From positions 95,108,001-95,172,000 of the forward strand of contig OZ024740.1 of assembly GCA_964016885.1 (NCBI GenBank): a stretch of DNA of 64,000 nt. Reading direction: 5' to 3'. This document shows, piece after piece, positions 18,075-31,436 of the stretch. Positions within the stretch are counted from its first letter, which is position 1. Every line of letters begins with the position of its first letter. Below the pieces are notes generated by a model. That model had not been told where the DNA came from and made no database searches. It saw nothing but the letters and a program-made list of their open reading frames with translations. A program made the translations under genes and the position numbers. This DNA comes from Eledone cirrhosa. Taxonomy: Eukaryota.

Positions 18075-18134
18075 TCTATTATATACATGTCAAAGGTACT
18101 GTGTTTTTTTTCCAGTACGTCCTCATCAGACAAA
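18075..18134 (-). ncRNA. Type I hammerhead motif, one core lesion
   Basis: tttgt-CTGATGA-ggac gtactg..cagtac cttt-GACA-tgtata-TA-ataga (GAAA changed to GACA). Confidence 0.55.
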
Positions 18135-18251
18135 ATATATGATTTGATATATGTCATACCGCTATGATCTTCAATATTCAATTAAAATATGGCCAATATG
18201 TGAATTGATTAATCAAGACTGTAGAGGTATGTCATATATCAAATCATATAT

Positions 18252-18313
18252 TTTGTCTGATGAGGACGTACTGCAGGAACAACACAGTACCTTTGAAATA
18301 TATATATAATAAA
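18252..18313 (+). ncRNA. Type I hammerhead motif
   Basis: tttgt-CTGATGA-ggac gtactg caggaacaaca cagtac cttt-GAAA-tatatata-TA-ataaa. The core is intact and predicted cleavage is after 18308. Confidence 0.68.
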
Positions 18314-18512
18314 GTATATATTTTGATTATGCGAATATTTTTCATTTGATAACATTTTGAATATTATTAAAAACTCTAGGACAACTTACTTGTTGAGTGC
18401 TTCTAATATATTGTAAAACTATATTCGTTCAGTAATCCTTGGTTATATCTATATATATGTGTATATATGAAACATGGCGTGCTGCGATGTTGCAAATGTG
18501 GTACATATGAAT

Positions 18513-19062
18513 AAAATTAGTCCTTTATCAGTGATGTTCCAAACTTCATTGGTATTTCTTCGCATGAATGATCATATACCTCTGGTTGGTGCGAGCAATA
18601 AATAAAAAAAAGTTATTGGGACACGTAAAATATGTTGAAGCGAGTGAGACATGTCAACAAACAGAGATGGTAATGCAACGGAAAGAGAGGGAGAGAGAAA
18701 CAAGTCCGTGATATCTATGAACTTAAGTTCGGTGAAATAATACACGATACATACAGACCATCAGACCGTTTGAACTGTGTGAAATCCTTTTCTCGCTCAC
18801 ATCTCACCCAGGTCGGATAGTCTGTATCTCTCGTCTATGATTTGACCGAACTTAAGTTCACAGATATCACGGACTTGTTTCTCCTCTTCTCTTTCTGTTG
18901 CATTAGCATCTCTGTTTGTTTACATGTCTCGCTCGCTTAACCCTATTTGACGTGTCCTAATATCTTTCTTTAGTTATTGCTCGCACCAACAAGACGTATA
19001 TGATCTTTAATACGAAGAAATACCAATGACGGTTCGAAGATCACTGATGAAGGACTAATTTT
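18513..19062. repeat. ~550-bp fold-back element
   Basis: Arms 18513-18770 and 18810-19062 are inverted repeats. The right arm ends in tcaCTGATGAaggactaatt and the left arm has ctgataaa, possibly a truncated HHR 5' half. Confidence 0.88.
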
Positions 19063-19080
19063 ATATATATATATATATAT

Positions 19081-19200
19081 ATATCAAAGGTATATATTGA
19101 GATAGAAACTCAAAATAGTCTCTTACAATAAAGTAGCCCTAGGAGAGAGATTTTTCCGAGACGCATATTATAATTCAATATAAAAGAAAAACGAACATAT
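19081..19200 (+). repeat. Short repeat (probable PLE pLTR tail), inverted homolog at 31437-31553
   Basis: Sequence match read directly. It contains GAAAC-tcaaaata-GTC, an HHR 3' half. Confidence 0.75.
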
Positions 19201-19201
19201 A

Positions 19202-22200
19202 TATATTTATTAATTTCAAGAACGTCAGTATTCCGAGTGTCATAATTCTCGATTATCATTGGTCCATTGGTTTCAAACGACTCCGCCCACCTCAACGACG
19301 CCAAACTAAAATTAATATGCATAATGCCAATGAGGGAGTGAGAGGGGAGAGTGTGAACCTGGTATTCAATAACTATTAACATGTGTGCGTGTGTATGTAC
19401 ATGCGCGCATGTTTTTGTGTGTGCGTGTAGCGTTCCACAGAAAGTAAAAATATCAACATGTGTGAGTGTGTGCGTGTGTCAGTTTGCGTGCGTGTGCGCG
19501 TTTCCATGCGTGTATGAGTGTGGCGTTCCAAAATCGCCCAGCAGTTTATCTGTCTATGTGCCTGTCTGTCACTCTAACATACACAGAGTTGTGAAGGGAG
19601 TAAATAGGGACCTTTCTTTACATTGACGAACATAGTTTATATTTATTATTGCGTCATATACACTATGAATATGTGTCAGTGTAGAGACATGTGTGTGTGT
19701 GATGTGTGTGGAAATAAGAGGGGAAGGAAAGCAATAACAATTAACATGTGTGCGTGTGTATGTACGTGCCCGTATGTTTATGTGTATCTGCGTGCGTGCA
19801 GCGTTCCACAGAAAGTAAACACTATCAACATATGTGAGTGTGTGCGTGTGTAAGTTTGCGTGCGTGTGCGCGTTTCCATGCGTGTATGTGTGTGGCGTTC
19901 CCGAATCGCCACGCAGTTTATCTGTCTATGTGCCTGTATGTCAGTCTAACATACACAGAGTTGTGAAGGGAGTAAATAGGGACCTTTCTTTACATTGACG
20001 GATATCTTTTACATTTATTATTGTGTCATTTTTTAACAATTATTCGATATGAATACTGATAGTAAAAGCAATTCGACTTTATGAAACAGTGAACTACAGC
20101 TTGGACGGCGTGCAGCCAGCAAGGAAGAAAAACGGGCTGAACAGCGCCATCGGAACGCCGAACTTAAGAGGCAAAACGTGCCGCTAAGAATGAAGAGGAG
20201 CTGGCTGGACAACGCCAACGAAACACTGGAGCCAAGCTGCGACGACATGCTGCGAATTTTGAAGACGAAGTGGCTTAGCATCATCAGCAAATGGCCAGAA
20301 TTCAGCAACAACAGCTGAGGTATGTGGGGTGATCATGGAGACCGGTTAGATTACTGCGCAAATATCCATGGCAAATTAACAATTCATTAGCTTTAGCGTC
20401 GCAGAGAGTTAGTGAGATGTTTGAGAGTGGGGCATAGCAACAGAATGTAGTCATTCAATGCCGTGTGTATCATTGTATAGGTAATTTAGAAGGAGAAAGG
20501 CCTCGATTCGTTAGCGATCCATATTATAGTGAATCGGAGGAGGATTTCAGGATCGGTTGGATGAAGTTCCCGGGAAATATAACTGAACTTGAACGGCAAA
20601 GGTTAAGTGATTTGATCCGTGGTTTGCAATCATGGCTTAGACAGTGTAATCCTTATGTTATGGATTTCATGTTGGTGGCTGAACTGCAAAATGTTCAGCA
20701 GCAAAGATTGGTGATTAAGGTTTGACGCAGTGCCAAGAAATCAACATGAACGGTGATATAATGCTCCTGGCGGATTTTGTGAATTTGATGTGTTGATGGG
20801 AGATAAGACTGGATCGAGAGATATCATCCTTAATCGCAGAGATGGTGGTCTCAAGACGATCAATGTGTCAAATAGGGCATATGATCCATCGCATTATGTT
20901 CTTAAATTCCCAAAAAGTGAAAATGGAGGGAACATGTCTGTTCATTTAGATGATCATGAGGATCAGCATCAGAGGGTGGCGGCAATGGACACACTTATTC
21001 GATTCGCGACTTTTACGCGTTCCACTTGAACGAGAGGAATCAACACAGAAATGTACTATTTCAAGCCAGCAGATTGTTGTAGGAATACTGTTGTATGGCA
21101 TTCGCAAAGATCGAAAATCAAAGGCTAAATTATATAGCTACACATCAGCAACATATCAGAGCTGAATTGTATAATAATATACAGGATGCGATAACAGCCG
21201 ATGCTGCCAATTACAAGCAAATTGGTCGACGCATCATTTTGCCATCGTCGTTCATCGGGGGCCCGAGATATATGAACATTCACTATCGGGATGCAATGGC
21301 TATTGTCAGAAAGTTTGGAAAGACAGATTTGTTTATAACGGTTACTTGCAATCCTGAATGGACTGATATTAAGGATGCATTTTTGCCAGAACCTCAGCCA
21401 AAGGACCGTCCTGATATTGTGGAAAGAGGATTCAAAGAATATCTGAAAAAGATAATTGATGATGCAGAAAAAGATGTCATCTTTGGAGCTATAATTGCTT
21501 TTACATATGTAATTGAATTCCTAAAAACAGGAGTGCCACATCCACATTTGCTGATCATTTGACATAGAGATTGCAAATTGGGATGTGCTGAGGGTGTCGA
21601 CAGCATTGTGTATGCTGAACTGCTGAAGAATGAGGCACTACGCAACTTGGTGGCAAAGTCAATGGTGCACAACCAATGCGTAGTGGCAAATCGGAAAGCG
21701 TCTTGCATGAACAATGGCCAATGCAGTAAGCACTTTCCGAAATCCTTTCTCACGAGCACTTCCTGGAACGATGGTGATGCTCATCCCTCATGCAGAAGGC
21801 AGTCGCCTGCAGATCGCGGTTTGGTCGAAAATGTAAACTTCGACAGTTACAAATCAATGGGTTGTGCCATACAATCCATATTTGATTATGAAATATCGTT
21901 GTCATATTAACGTGGACATTTGTAGCGCAGTGAAAGCTTGAAAATATCTATTCAAATATGTTTACAAAGGTCATGATCGGGCAATGAAAAATGTCAGGAA
22001 TGAGGAAGCGAACCAAGGAGATGAAGTTGGCAGGTTCCAGGATGTTCTCTCGATTGGATCTAGCGAAGCTTGCTGGAGATTTTCCGATTTTGATCTCAAT
22101 GAAAGCAAACCCAGCGTTCAGAAACTGATGGTTTACTTAGAGAATAGGCAAATGGTCTCTTTTCAGGTCACTAGAAGAGGTGTCGAAAGAATTGCTAACG

Positions 22201-25200
22201 CACCAGCTCCTAAGAGACAATTGACTGATTGGTTCAAGCATAATATGGAACAGGCTTTGAACCCGTATCAAAGGCAACTCTACTGTGATTTTCCGTCGCA
22301 CTATACGTGGGATAAGAAGGGAAAGAAATGGAATGATGGAAAACAAAAGTTGAGATTCATGACTATTGGACGGGTTTGTAATGTCCATCCAGCATCTGGT
22401 GATCTGTTTTATCTCCGAATTCTGTTGCATAATGATTTTTCGAGAGGTAAACAGAGCTTCGCTGATTTGAAAGCAATCAATGGCGTGGAATATGAAACAT
22501 ACCAGGCTCTGTGTCAGCATCTATGACTCGCCATGGAAGCTGCAGGAACAATACAGATGCCAGCTCAAATAAGGCAGTTGTTTGTCACGATTCTAGTATT
22601 ATGCAATCCTGTCGATCCAAGAGAGTTATTTGAACGCTGTTGGGGAATTATGGCTGATGATTTTAGGCATCATCTTCAGGTCGATGATGAAAATTTGATG
22701 AAAGGTAATGTTTTGCTCAATATTGAGAAACTGCTTGAAGTTCATTTCAAATGTTTAAGAGATTACAATTTGCCAATTCCTGATGAAGAAATGCGGCAAC
22801 GTGTCTTAGCATTGAACATGAGATTGCAGCTTAGGCGGTTGCCATTCGTTTGGAGGGAACTATTCCAGTTTGTTCCACTGGAACCACAACGTATTGTGAA
22901 TGAACGTATGTTTCCCAATTTCAGAGAGAATTGGTCGATGGCCTTCTCCATTCGATTTCCACTAATGAGCAACATTGTGCTTTCATAGATGCTCCAGGAG
23001 GCACCAGAAAGACATTCTGTTTCAACACTATGTTATCGGAAGTCAGAGCTCAGAGGAAGATTGCTCTCCCTGTGGCCATCAGTCGGTTCGCTGCCACTTT
23101 GCTTAATGGTGGAAGTACCCTCCACTCATGCGTCATGTCTCCATTGGCTCCGGATGAGTTGAGTGTCTGTAACAATACAGGACAAAGTGAACTCGCGGGC
23201 CATATACGCAATACGTCTCTGATTATTTGGGACGAGGCTCCAATGGCACACATATATTTGCTTGAGGCATTGGACAGAACTTTGAGAGATATCTGCGGTA
23301 GTGACCTGCCATTCGATGGAAATACTATCTTTATTGGTGGCGAATTCAAACAGGTGCGACCAATCGTTAGGAATGCTCAAAGAGCGCAAATTGTCGATGC
23401 ATGTCTGAAAAGATCCCCGTTGTGGTGCCATTTCAGAGTTTTTCGATTACACGATAATATGCGACTACGTATGTTCGGGCAAAACGAAGGGGCTGAGATA
23501 TAAGGCCGATGGTTGATGCAGTTGGGAAACGATGAATTGCCACACATTGGTGATAATCAGACTAAAATCCCAGACCTTTGGGTCATGCCACTGGATCGCC
23601 AAGCATTGATTGACTGGATGTTCCCTAATTTGAATGCTTGTTGGCACAATATCTCCTGGATATCGGAACGCGTTATTCTATCTTATACGAATGCAACGGT
23701 CGATGAAATAAATTCACAAGTAGCCGGAATGTTTCATGGAGAGGAATGGTTGACCGTCAGTGCGGATGCAATGGAGCCTAATCAACAGAACAAAATGGAT
23801 GATCCGATGAGTATTTGAATTCACTTCAAATACCCAGATTTTCCCCACATATTTTGAGGTTGATAAAGGGTATGACGATTATATTGCTTAGAAATATCAA
23901 TCCTAAAATGGGTATTTGCAATGGTACCAGATTGATTGCTGAGAGATTGATTAACGGAGATTGGCAAAGGAGACAGTTTCCCGTCAATTTGGCCTACTCG
24001 ATGACTGTCAACAAGGCACAGGGACAGACATTCATGCGAGTCGGTGTTTACTTGAATGATGAAGCATTCATCCATGGGCAACTGTATGTTGCTGCATCTC
24101 GAGTGTGCGAACCTGATGGTATAACATTTGCAGAGCAACAACCCTGAATATTGTCTATAATGAAGCTTTGAGCTGATGTATGCATATCTTTAATGCTATT
24201 AATGAGCGACGTAAATGATTCGGACATTGGTGTCCTTTGATCAGTATTGTGAGCTTTGAGCTTTGACAGAGTTATCATTTATGTTCAATGTTATTTAATG
24301 TCGTTATGAGCAATAAAAACAAACAAGTATTGGTAAAAAATGCTTTCACTGCTATGTTGCGCAATAAATAGCAACAAGTATTGGTAAAAATTGCCTTCAC
24401 TTCTATGAATATTTGACGTAAATGATTCATACATTGGTGTCCTTTGATCAGAATTGGCAGCTTTGACAGAGTTATCATTTCTGTTCAATGTCATTTATTG
24501 TCGATAATGAGCAATACAAACCCACAAGTATTGGTAGAAATTGCCTTCAAATGTATCACTTCTCATTGCGGTGGTAATAAAACCTCATCATATGCTGAGT
24601 CTGGCTAAAGGTTTGATGCCTATGGCCGGCCTGGGCTACAATAATATTGAAAAACAATTCTCTTTTGGAAGTAGAAGGATACGCCATTTGGATTTCAAAC
24701 CAGGACACCTTCCCGAGTTGAACTCTGGGCAATATTGACTGTCTATTACTCAGTGGCTAAGATCTGGAAATTACTAAGTGACTTTTTGTGTCATATAATT
24801 TGTTGTTTTATTATTATAGCTGACCACTTATAGATATGGATGTTATCCACATCCATATCAATTTGGCATCTGTATAACTATTTCAAGTAAACAGGGACCT
24901 TTTTTACATTGACGGGCATCTTTTATATTAATTATCTATATCTATATCTACATATAATATAAAAGATTGGAACTTCCATCATCCTTTTGCGAAACGTGGA
25001 AAGACCACGTCTATGCAATGATACACGTTTTACAGTCAAGCAGAAGATGAACCATCTCCTAGAGGTCACTATTCAAGGTGGAAGCACCTAGAATTGTTCA
25101 TGTACTATGCACAAACGGTAAAACGAAGAATCTGGTACTACTGGAAATTGTTTTTTACTGTTTTTGGTATCACACAGACACCACGGACTCGCCTTATAAT

Positions 25201-25290
25201 GTAACCAGACACACATTCAATACAGTCAATTTCTCTTTTACCTGTCTTCCCTTATCTGTTTACCAGGGCGAAGCTGGGGACTTCAGATGG
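19202..25290 (+). mobile_element. Helitron copy 1 (degenerate autonomous RepHel element)
   Basis: Contains Rep and PIF1 coding remnants. The 5' end aligns with the TC start of copy 2. The 3' subterminal hairpin accagggcgaagctgggg is followed by a decayed CTAG (ATGG) at 25287-25290. Confidence 0.93.
20050..24170 (+). pseudogene. Helitron Rep (HUH) plus PIF1 helicase, frameshifted
   Basis: GRRIILPSSFIGGPRYM, DLFITVTCNPEW, IEFLKTGVPHPHLLI, KYLFKYVYKGHD, DAPGGTRKT (Walker A), IIWDEAPM, LLRNINPKMGICNGTRL, MTVNKAQGQT, HGQLYVAASRV. Confidence 0.93.
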
Positions 25291-25845
25291 TCTATATATT
25301 ATTTTCAACAATGTCATTATTCCGTATGTCATAATTCTCGATTATCATTGGTTCATAGATTTCAAACGACTCCGCCCATCTCAACGACGCCAAACTGAAA
25401 TTAATATGCATAATGCCAATGAGAGAGTGAGATGGGAGAGTGTGAACGCTGTGTTTGATACACTATGTATATGTGTCAGTGTAGAGACATATGTGTGTGT
25501 GATGTGTGTGGAAATAAGAGGGGAAGGACAACAATAACTATTAACATGTGTGCGTGTGTATGTACTTGCGCGTATGTTTTTGTGTGTGCGTGCGTGCAGC
25601 GTTCCACAGAAAGTAAACACTTATAACAAGTGTGAATTTGTGAGTGTGTAAGTTTGTGTGCGTGTGCGGGTTTCCATGCGTATATGTGTGTGGCGTTCCA
25701 CAATCGCTACGCAGTGTATCTGTGTGTGTGCCTGTCTGTCAGTCTAAAATGCACAGCGTTCTGAAGGGAGTAAATAGGGACTTTTCTTTACATTGATGGA
25801 CATCTTTTATATTTATTAGTGTGTCATTTTTTGACAATTGCTCGA

Positions 25846-28800
25846 AATGAATGCTGATAATAAAAGCAATTCGACTTCATCAAACAGCGAATTTAAGTGG
25901 CGACGGTGTGCATGCCAGCAATGAAGAAAAACAGGCAGAACAGCACCATCGGAACGCCGAACTTCAGAGGCGAAGAAGTGCCGCAATGAATGAAGGGGAG
26001 CTGGCTGAACAACGCCAACGAAATACTGGACACATGCAGCGACGGCGTGCTGCGATGGTTGAAGACGAACTGGCTGAGCATCATCAGCAGATGGCCGGAA
26101 TACAGCAGCAACGGCGTGCTGCGTTGGATCAAGAGGAGTTAGCTGAACAGCGCCAGCGCAATACAGTTGTACAGAGAATGTGTCGCCAAAGTGCTCCTCT
26201 TTCCAGTAAAGAGGCTAGAAGCCGAAAGAATGATATTAAAAATGGATCATGGCAACCGTGTCATTTTCAAATTGGTGGAAGAGCAGAGTGTCCACATTGT
26301 GGAGCATTGGTTTGGAGGCACGAACAGACGTGGACCACAATTTGCTGTCATAAAGGAGCAGTTCTTGCGAATGCCGGATGATGAGGACTCACCGAAGTTT
26401 AAAATACTAAGTGTGTGGGCTGATCAAGGAGATCGAGGTAAATCAATGCGCAAATATTCGCGGCATATTAAACATTCATTTGCTTTAGCATCGCAGAGAG
26501 TTAGTGAGATGTTTGTGACTGGAGCATGGCAACCGGTTGTAGTCATTCAATGCCGTTTGTATAAGTGTATCGGTAATTTAGAAGTTCCCCCAGGAGAGAG
26601 GTCTCAATTCGCCCAAATTTACGTTCACGATCCAGATTATAGTGAATCGGAGGAGAATATCAGGATCGGTTTGATGAAGTTGCCGGGAAATATAACTGAA
26701 CTTGAACCGCAAAGGTTAAGTGATTTGATCCCTGATTTGCAATTATGGCTTAGACAGTGCAAATCTTATGCTATGGATTTATTGTTGGTGGCTGAAGTGC
26801 AAAATGTTCATCAGCAAACATTGGTAATTAAGCTGACGCAGTGACAAGGAATGAACAGGAACGGCGATACAATGCCCCTGAAGGATTTCCTGAAGTTGCT
26901 GTGTTGATGGACGATAAGCCTGGATCGAGAGATGTCGTCGTCAATCGCAGAGATGGTGGTCTCAAGACTATCGATCCGTCAAATAGAGCATACGATCCAT
27001 TGCATTATGTTCGTTTATTCCCAAAAGGTGAAAATGTTTGGAACATGTCTGTTCATATAGATGATCATGAAAATCAGCATCAACAAGGAGGTGGCAATAG
27101 ACACAATAATTCGATTCGCGACTTTTACGCGTTCCACTTGAACGAGAGGAATCAACACAGAAATGTATTATTTCAAGCCAGCAGATTGTTGCAGGAATAC
27201 TGTTGTATGGCATTCGCAAAGATCGAAAATCAAAGGCTAAATTATATAGCTACACATCAGCAACATACCAGAGCTGAATTGTATAATAATATACAGGATG
27301 CGATAACAGCCGATGATACACATTACAAGTAAATTGGTCGACGCATCATTTTGCCATCGTCGTTCATCGGAGGCTCGAGATATATGAAAATTCGCTATCA
27401 GAATGCAATGGCTATGTCAGAAAGTTTGGAAAGCCAGATGTGTTTATAACGGTTACATGCAATCCTGAATGGACTGATATTAAGGATGCACTTTTGCCAG
27501 GACGACAGCCAAAGGACCGTCCTGATATTGTGGCAAGAGTATTCAAAGGATATCTGAAAAATATAATGGATGATGTGGAAAAGGAAGGAATCTTTGGAGG
27601 TATAGCTGCTTTTACATACGTCATTGAATTCCAAAAAAGAGGATTACCACCTGAACATTTACTGATCATTTTACATAGAGATTGCAAATTGAGATGAGCT
27701 GAGGATGTCGACAGCGTTGCGTTGAGTGTGATGAACTGGCGGAGAATGAGGCACTACGCAACTGGTGGGAAACTCAATGGTGCACCACCAATGCGGAGTA
27801 GCAAATCTGAAAGTGCTTTGCATGAAAAATTGCCAATGCAGTAAGCACTTTCCTAAATCTTTTGTCACGAACACTTCCTGGAACGATGCAGATGGCCGTT
27901 TGGTCGAAAATGTGAACGGTCGACAGGATACAAATCAATGGGTTGTGCCATACAATCCATATTTGATTATGGAATATTGTTGTCATATTAACGTGGAAAA
28001 TTGTAGCGCAGTGAAAGCTTGCAAATATCTATTCAAATATGTTTAAAAAACTCATGATCGGGCAATGATCAATGTCAGGAATTAGGAAGCGAACCAATGA
28101 GATGAAGTTGGCAGGGTGCAGGATGTTCTCTCGATTGGATCTAGCGATGCTTCCTGGAGATTGTTCGATTTTGATCTCAGTGAACGCAAACCCAGCGTTC
28201 AGAAACTGACGGTTCACTTAGAGAATAGGCAAATGGTCAGTTTTCAGGACACTAGAAGAGGTGTCGAAAGAATTGCTAACGCACCAGCTCCTAAGTCGGA
28301 ATTGACTGAGTGGTTCAAGCATAATAGGGAAGGCTTTGAACCCGGATAAAAGGCAACTCTAATGCGACGTTCCTTCGCACTATACGTGGGATAAGAAGGG
28401 AAAGAAATGGAATGATGGAAAACAAAAGTTGAGATTCATGACTATTGGACGGTTTTCTAATGTCCATCCAGCATCTGGTGATCTGTTTTATAGAAATGAG
28501 GCCACGTGCATTATCATTGAACATGAGATTGCAGCTTAGACGGTTGCCACTCGATCGCTGGGAACTATTACAGTTTGCAGCTCTGAAACAGCAACGTATT
28601 CTGAATGAATGTATGCCAATGTTTACCCAATCTCAGAGTGAATTTGACGATGGCGTTATCCACTCGATTTCCATTAATGAGCAACTTTGTGCTTTCATAG
28701 ATGCTCCAGGGGGCACCGGAAAAAACATTCTGTTTCAACTTTATGTTATCGGCAGTCAGAGCTCAGAGGAATATTGCTGTCTGAGTGGCTACCAGTGGGA

Positions 28801-29980
28801 TCACTGCCACTTTGCTGAGTGGTGGAAAGACCTTCCACTCATGCGTCAAGGCACCATTGGCTCCGGATGAGTTGATGTCTGTAACATTACAGTACAAAGT
28901 GAACTCGCGGGTCTTATAAGCAATACGCCTCTGAGGATTTGGGACGAGACCCCAATGGCACACAAATATTTGCTGGAGGCATAGGACTTAACTTTGAGAG
29001 ATATCTGCGGTAGTGAACTGCCATTCGGTTGTAAGACTATCGTTCGTGGTGGCGATTTCAGACAGGTGCTACCAATTGTTAGGAATGCTCAAAGAGCGCA
29101 AATCGTCGATGCATGTCTTAACAAGATCCTGTTGTGGCAATTACACGATAATAAGCGACTTCGTATGTTCGGGCAACATGAAGAGGCTGAGACATACGGC
29201 CGATGGTTGATGCAGTTGGGAAACGATGAATTGCCACACGTTGGTGATAATCAGAATGTAAGAATCCCAGGCCATTTGGTCATGCCACTGGACCGCCAAG
29301 CATTGATTGACTGGTTGTTCCCTAATTTGAATGCTTTTTGGCACAATATCTCCTGGATATCGGAACGCGTTATTGTAACTCATAGAAAGGGACCGGTCGA
29401 TGAAATAAATTCACAAGTAGCCGGAATGTTTCCTGGAGAGGAATGTTTGACCATCCTAATCAGCAGAACAATCAGCAGAACAAAATCAGCAGAACAAAAT
29501 GGATGTTCCGACTGAGTATCTGAATTTACTTCAAATACCCCGATTTGCCCCACATATTTAGAAGTTGAAAAAGGGTATGTAGATTATATTGCTTAGAAAA
29601 ATCAATCATAAAATGGGTCTTTGCAATGGTACCAGATTGATTGTTGAGAGATCGATTAAAGGAAGAGTTTTAGAAGCTAAACTTCGATGCAGAGAGGAAT
29701 CAGTTCTCATTCCGAGGATCATGCCTATCCCAAGTGAATATCTGCTGACATTCATTTGGCAAAGGAGACATTTTCCGTTAATTTGGTCTTCTCCATGACT
29801 ATCAACGAGGCACAGGGACAGACTTTGAAGCGAGTCGCTCTCTACTTAAATGATCCAGCATTCAGCCATGGGCAACTGTATGTTGCTGCATCTCGAGTGT
29901 GTGATCCTGATGGTATAACATTTGCAATTGATAACATTAACAGAGGAACAACAATTAATATTGTCTATAATGAAGCTTTG
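25846..29980 (+). pseudogene. Helitron RepHel, frameshifted, with N-terminal ~22-aa charged repeats and a zinc finger
   Basis: ELAEQRQRN repeats, CPHCGALVW...CCHKG, FAQIYVHDP, YDPLHY, FITVTCNPEW, IEFQKRGLPPEH, DAPGGTGK, GGDFRQVLP, FSHGQLYVAASRV. Confidence 0.93.
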
Positions 29981-31065
29981 AGCTGTTGTATGCATATAAT
30001 TAATGCTATCAATAAGCGACGTAAATGATTCGGACATTGGTATCCTTTGATCAGTATTGTGAGCTTTGACAGCATTATCATTTATGCTCACTGTCATTTA
30101 ATGTCGTTATGAGCAATACAATCAAACAGGTATTGGTAAAAAGTGCTTTAACTGCTATGTTGCGCAATAAATACCAACAAGTATTGGTAGAAATTGCCTT
30201 CACTTCTATGAATATTTGACGTAAATGATTCATACATTGGTGTCCTTTGATCAGTATTGTGACCTTTGATAGAGTTATCATTTATGTTCAATGTCATTTA
30301 TTGTCGATAATGAGCAATAAAACCAACAAGTATTGTTAGAAATTGCCTTCAAATGTATCGCTTATGATTGCGGTGGTAATAAAACCTCATCATATGCTGA
30401 GTCTGGCAAAAAGCTGGATAATATGGCCGGCCAGGGCTAGAGTAATATTGAAAAACGATTCTATTTTCGAAGTAGGAGTATCCGCTATTTGCAGTTTAAA
30501 CCAGGCCACCTCCTCGAGGTGAACTCTGGGCAACATTGCATGTTTATTACTCAGTGGCTAAGAGCCTGGAAATTACTGAATAAATTGTTGTGTCATATAA
30601 TTTGTCGTGTTATTATTATAGCTGACCACTTATAGATAAGCATGTTGTCTATATCCATATTAATTTGGCATTTGTATAAACAATTTCAAGTAAATAGGGA
30701 CCTTTTTTTTTACATTGACGGACATCTTTTATATGAATTATCTATATCTATATCTACATATAATATAAAAGATTGGAACTGCCATCATCCTTTTGAGAAA
30801 CGTGGAACAACCTCGTCTATACGTTGATAAACGTTTTACAGTTAGGTAGAAGATGAAGCATCTCCTAGAGGTCACTATTCTAGGTGGAAGCACCTAGAAT
30901 TGTTCATATACCATGCACAAGCGGTACAACGAAGTATCTGGTATATCTGGAAGATTTTTCTTACTGTTTTTTTGTATCACACATACACCACGGACTCGCC
31001 TTATACAAGAACAACATCCAATACAGTCATTTTCTCTTTTACCTGTCTTCTCTTATCATTTGTTT

Positions 31066-31094
31066 ACCTGGGCGAAGCTGGGTACGCCAGCTAG
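31066..31094 (+). terminator. Helitron 3' hairpin and CTAG terminus
   Basis: acctgggcgaagctgggt-acgccag-CTAG|T. Confidence 0.85.
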
Positions 31095-31095
31095 T

Positions 31096-31378
31096 ATACA
31101 TATATGTGTTCAAATCGTAAGGGACAGGATTCGCTCATGTGAAAAGAATAATTACTATAGACAATAGGGTTTGACAGAATCTAATTAAGAATAAATCAGG
31201 AAAATAAATACAATCCAGAATTTTGGTAACTACCAATCACCCAGAGAGCTCTGGTAATGCTGTTTCGCAAAATTAATCGTGAAGAGGAATGCCAATTCTT
31301 GCTCATCAGTGGGTGAAGAATGTGTATCCTGGACACTTTTAAGTATATTAAAAAAATTTATATATTAAAAAGATTTGA

Positions 31379-31436
<58 letters not shown>

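Larger units (their letters stand above)
18027..18362. mobile_element. ~335-bp fold-back element with two outward-facing HHRs
   Basis: Long imperfect palindrome centred near 18190, with CTGATGA cores on both strands. Confidence 0.85.
25291..31094 (+). mobile_element. Helitron copy 2, tandem with copy 1
   Basis: Starts with TC at 25291 and ends with CTAG at 31091-31094, followed by T. Colinear with copy 1. Confidence 0.93.

Noticed and set aside
21394-29383. Minus-strand ORFs over the Helitrons
   Set aside because: They are antisense shadows of the RepHel coding strand and have no motifs.
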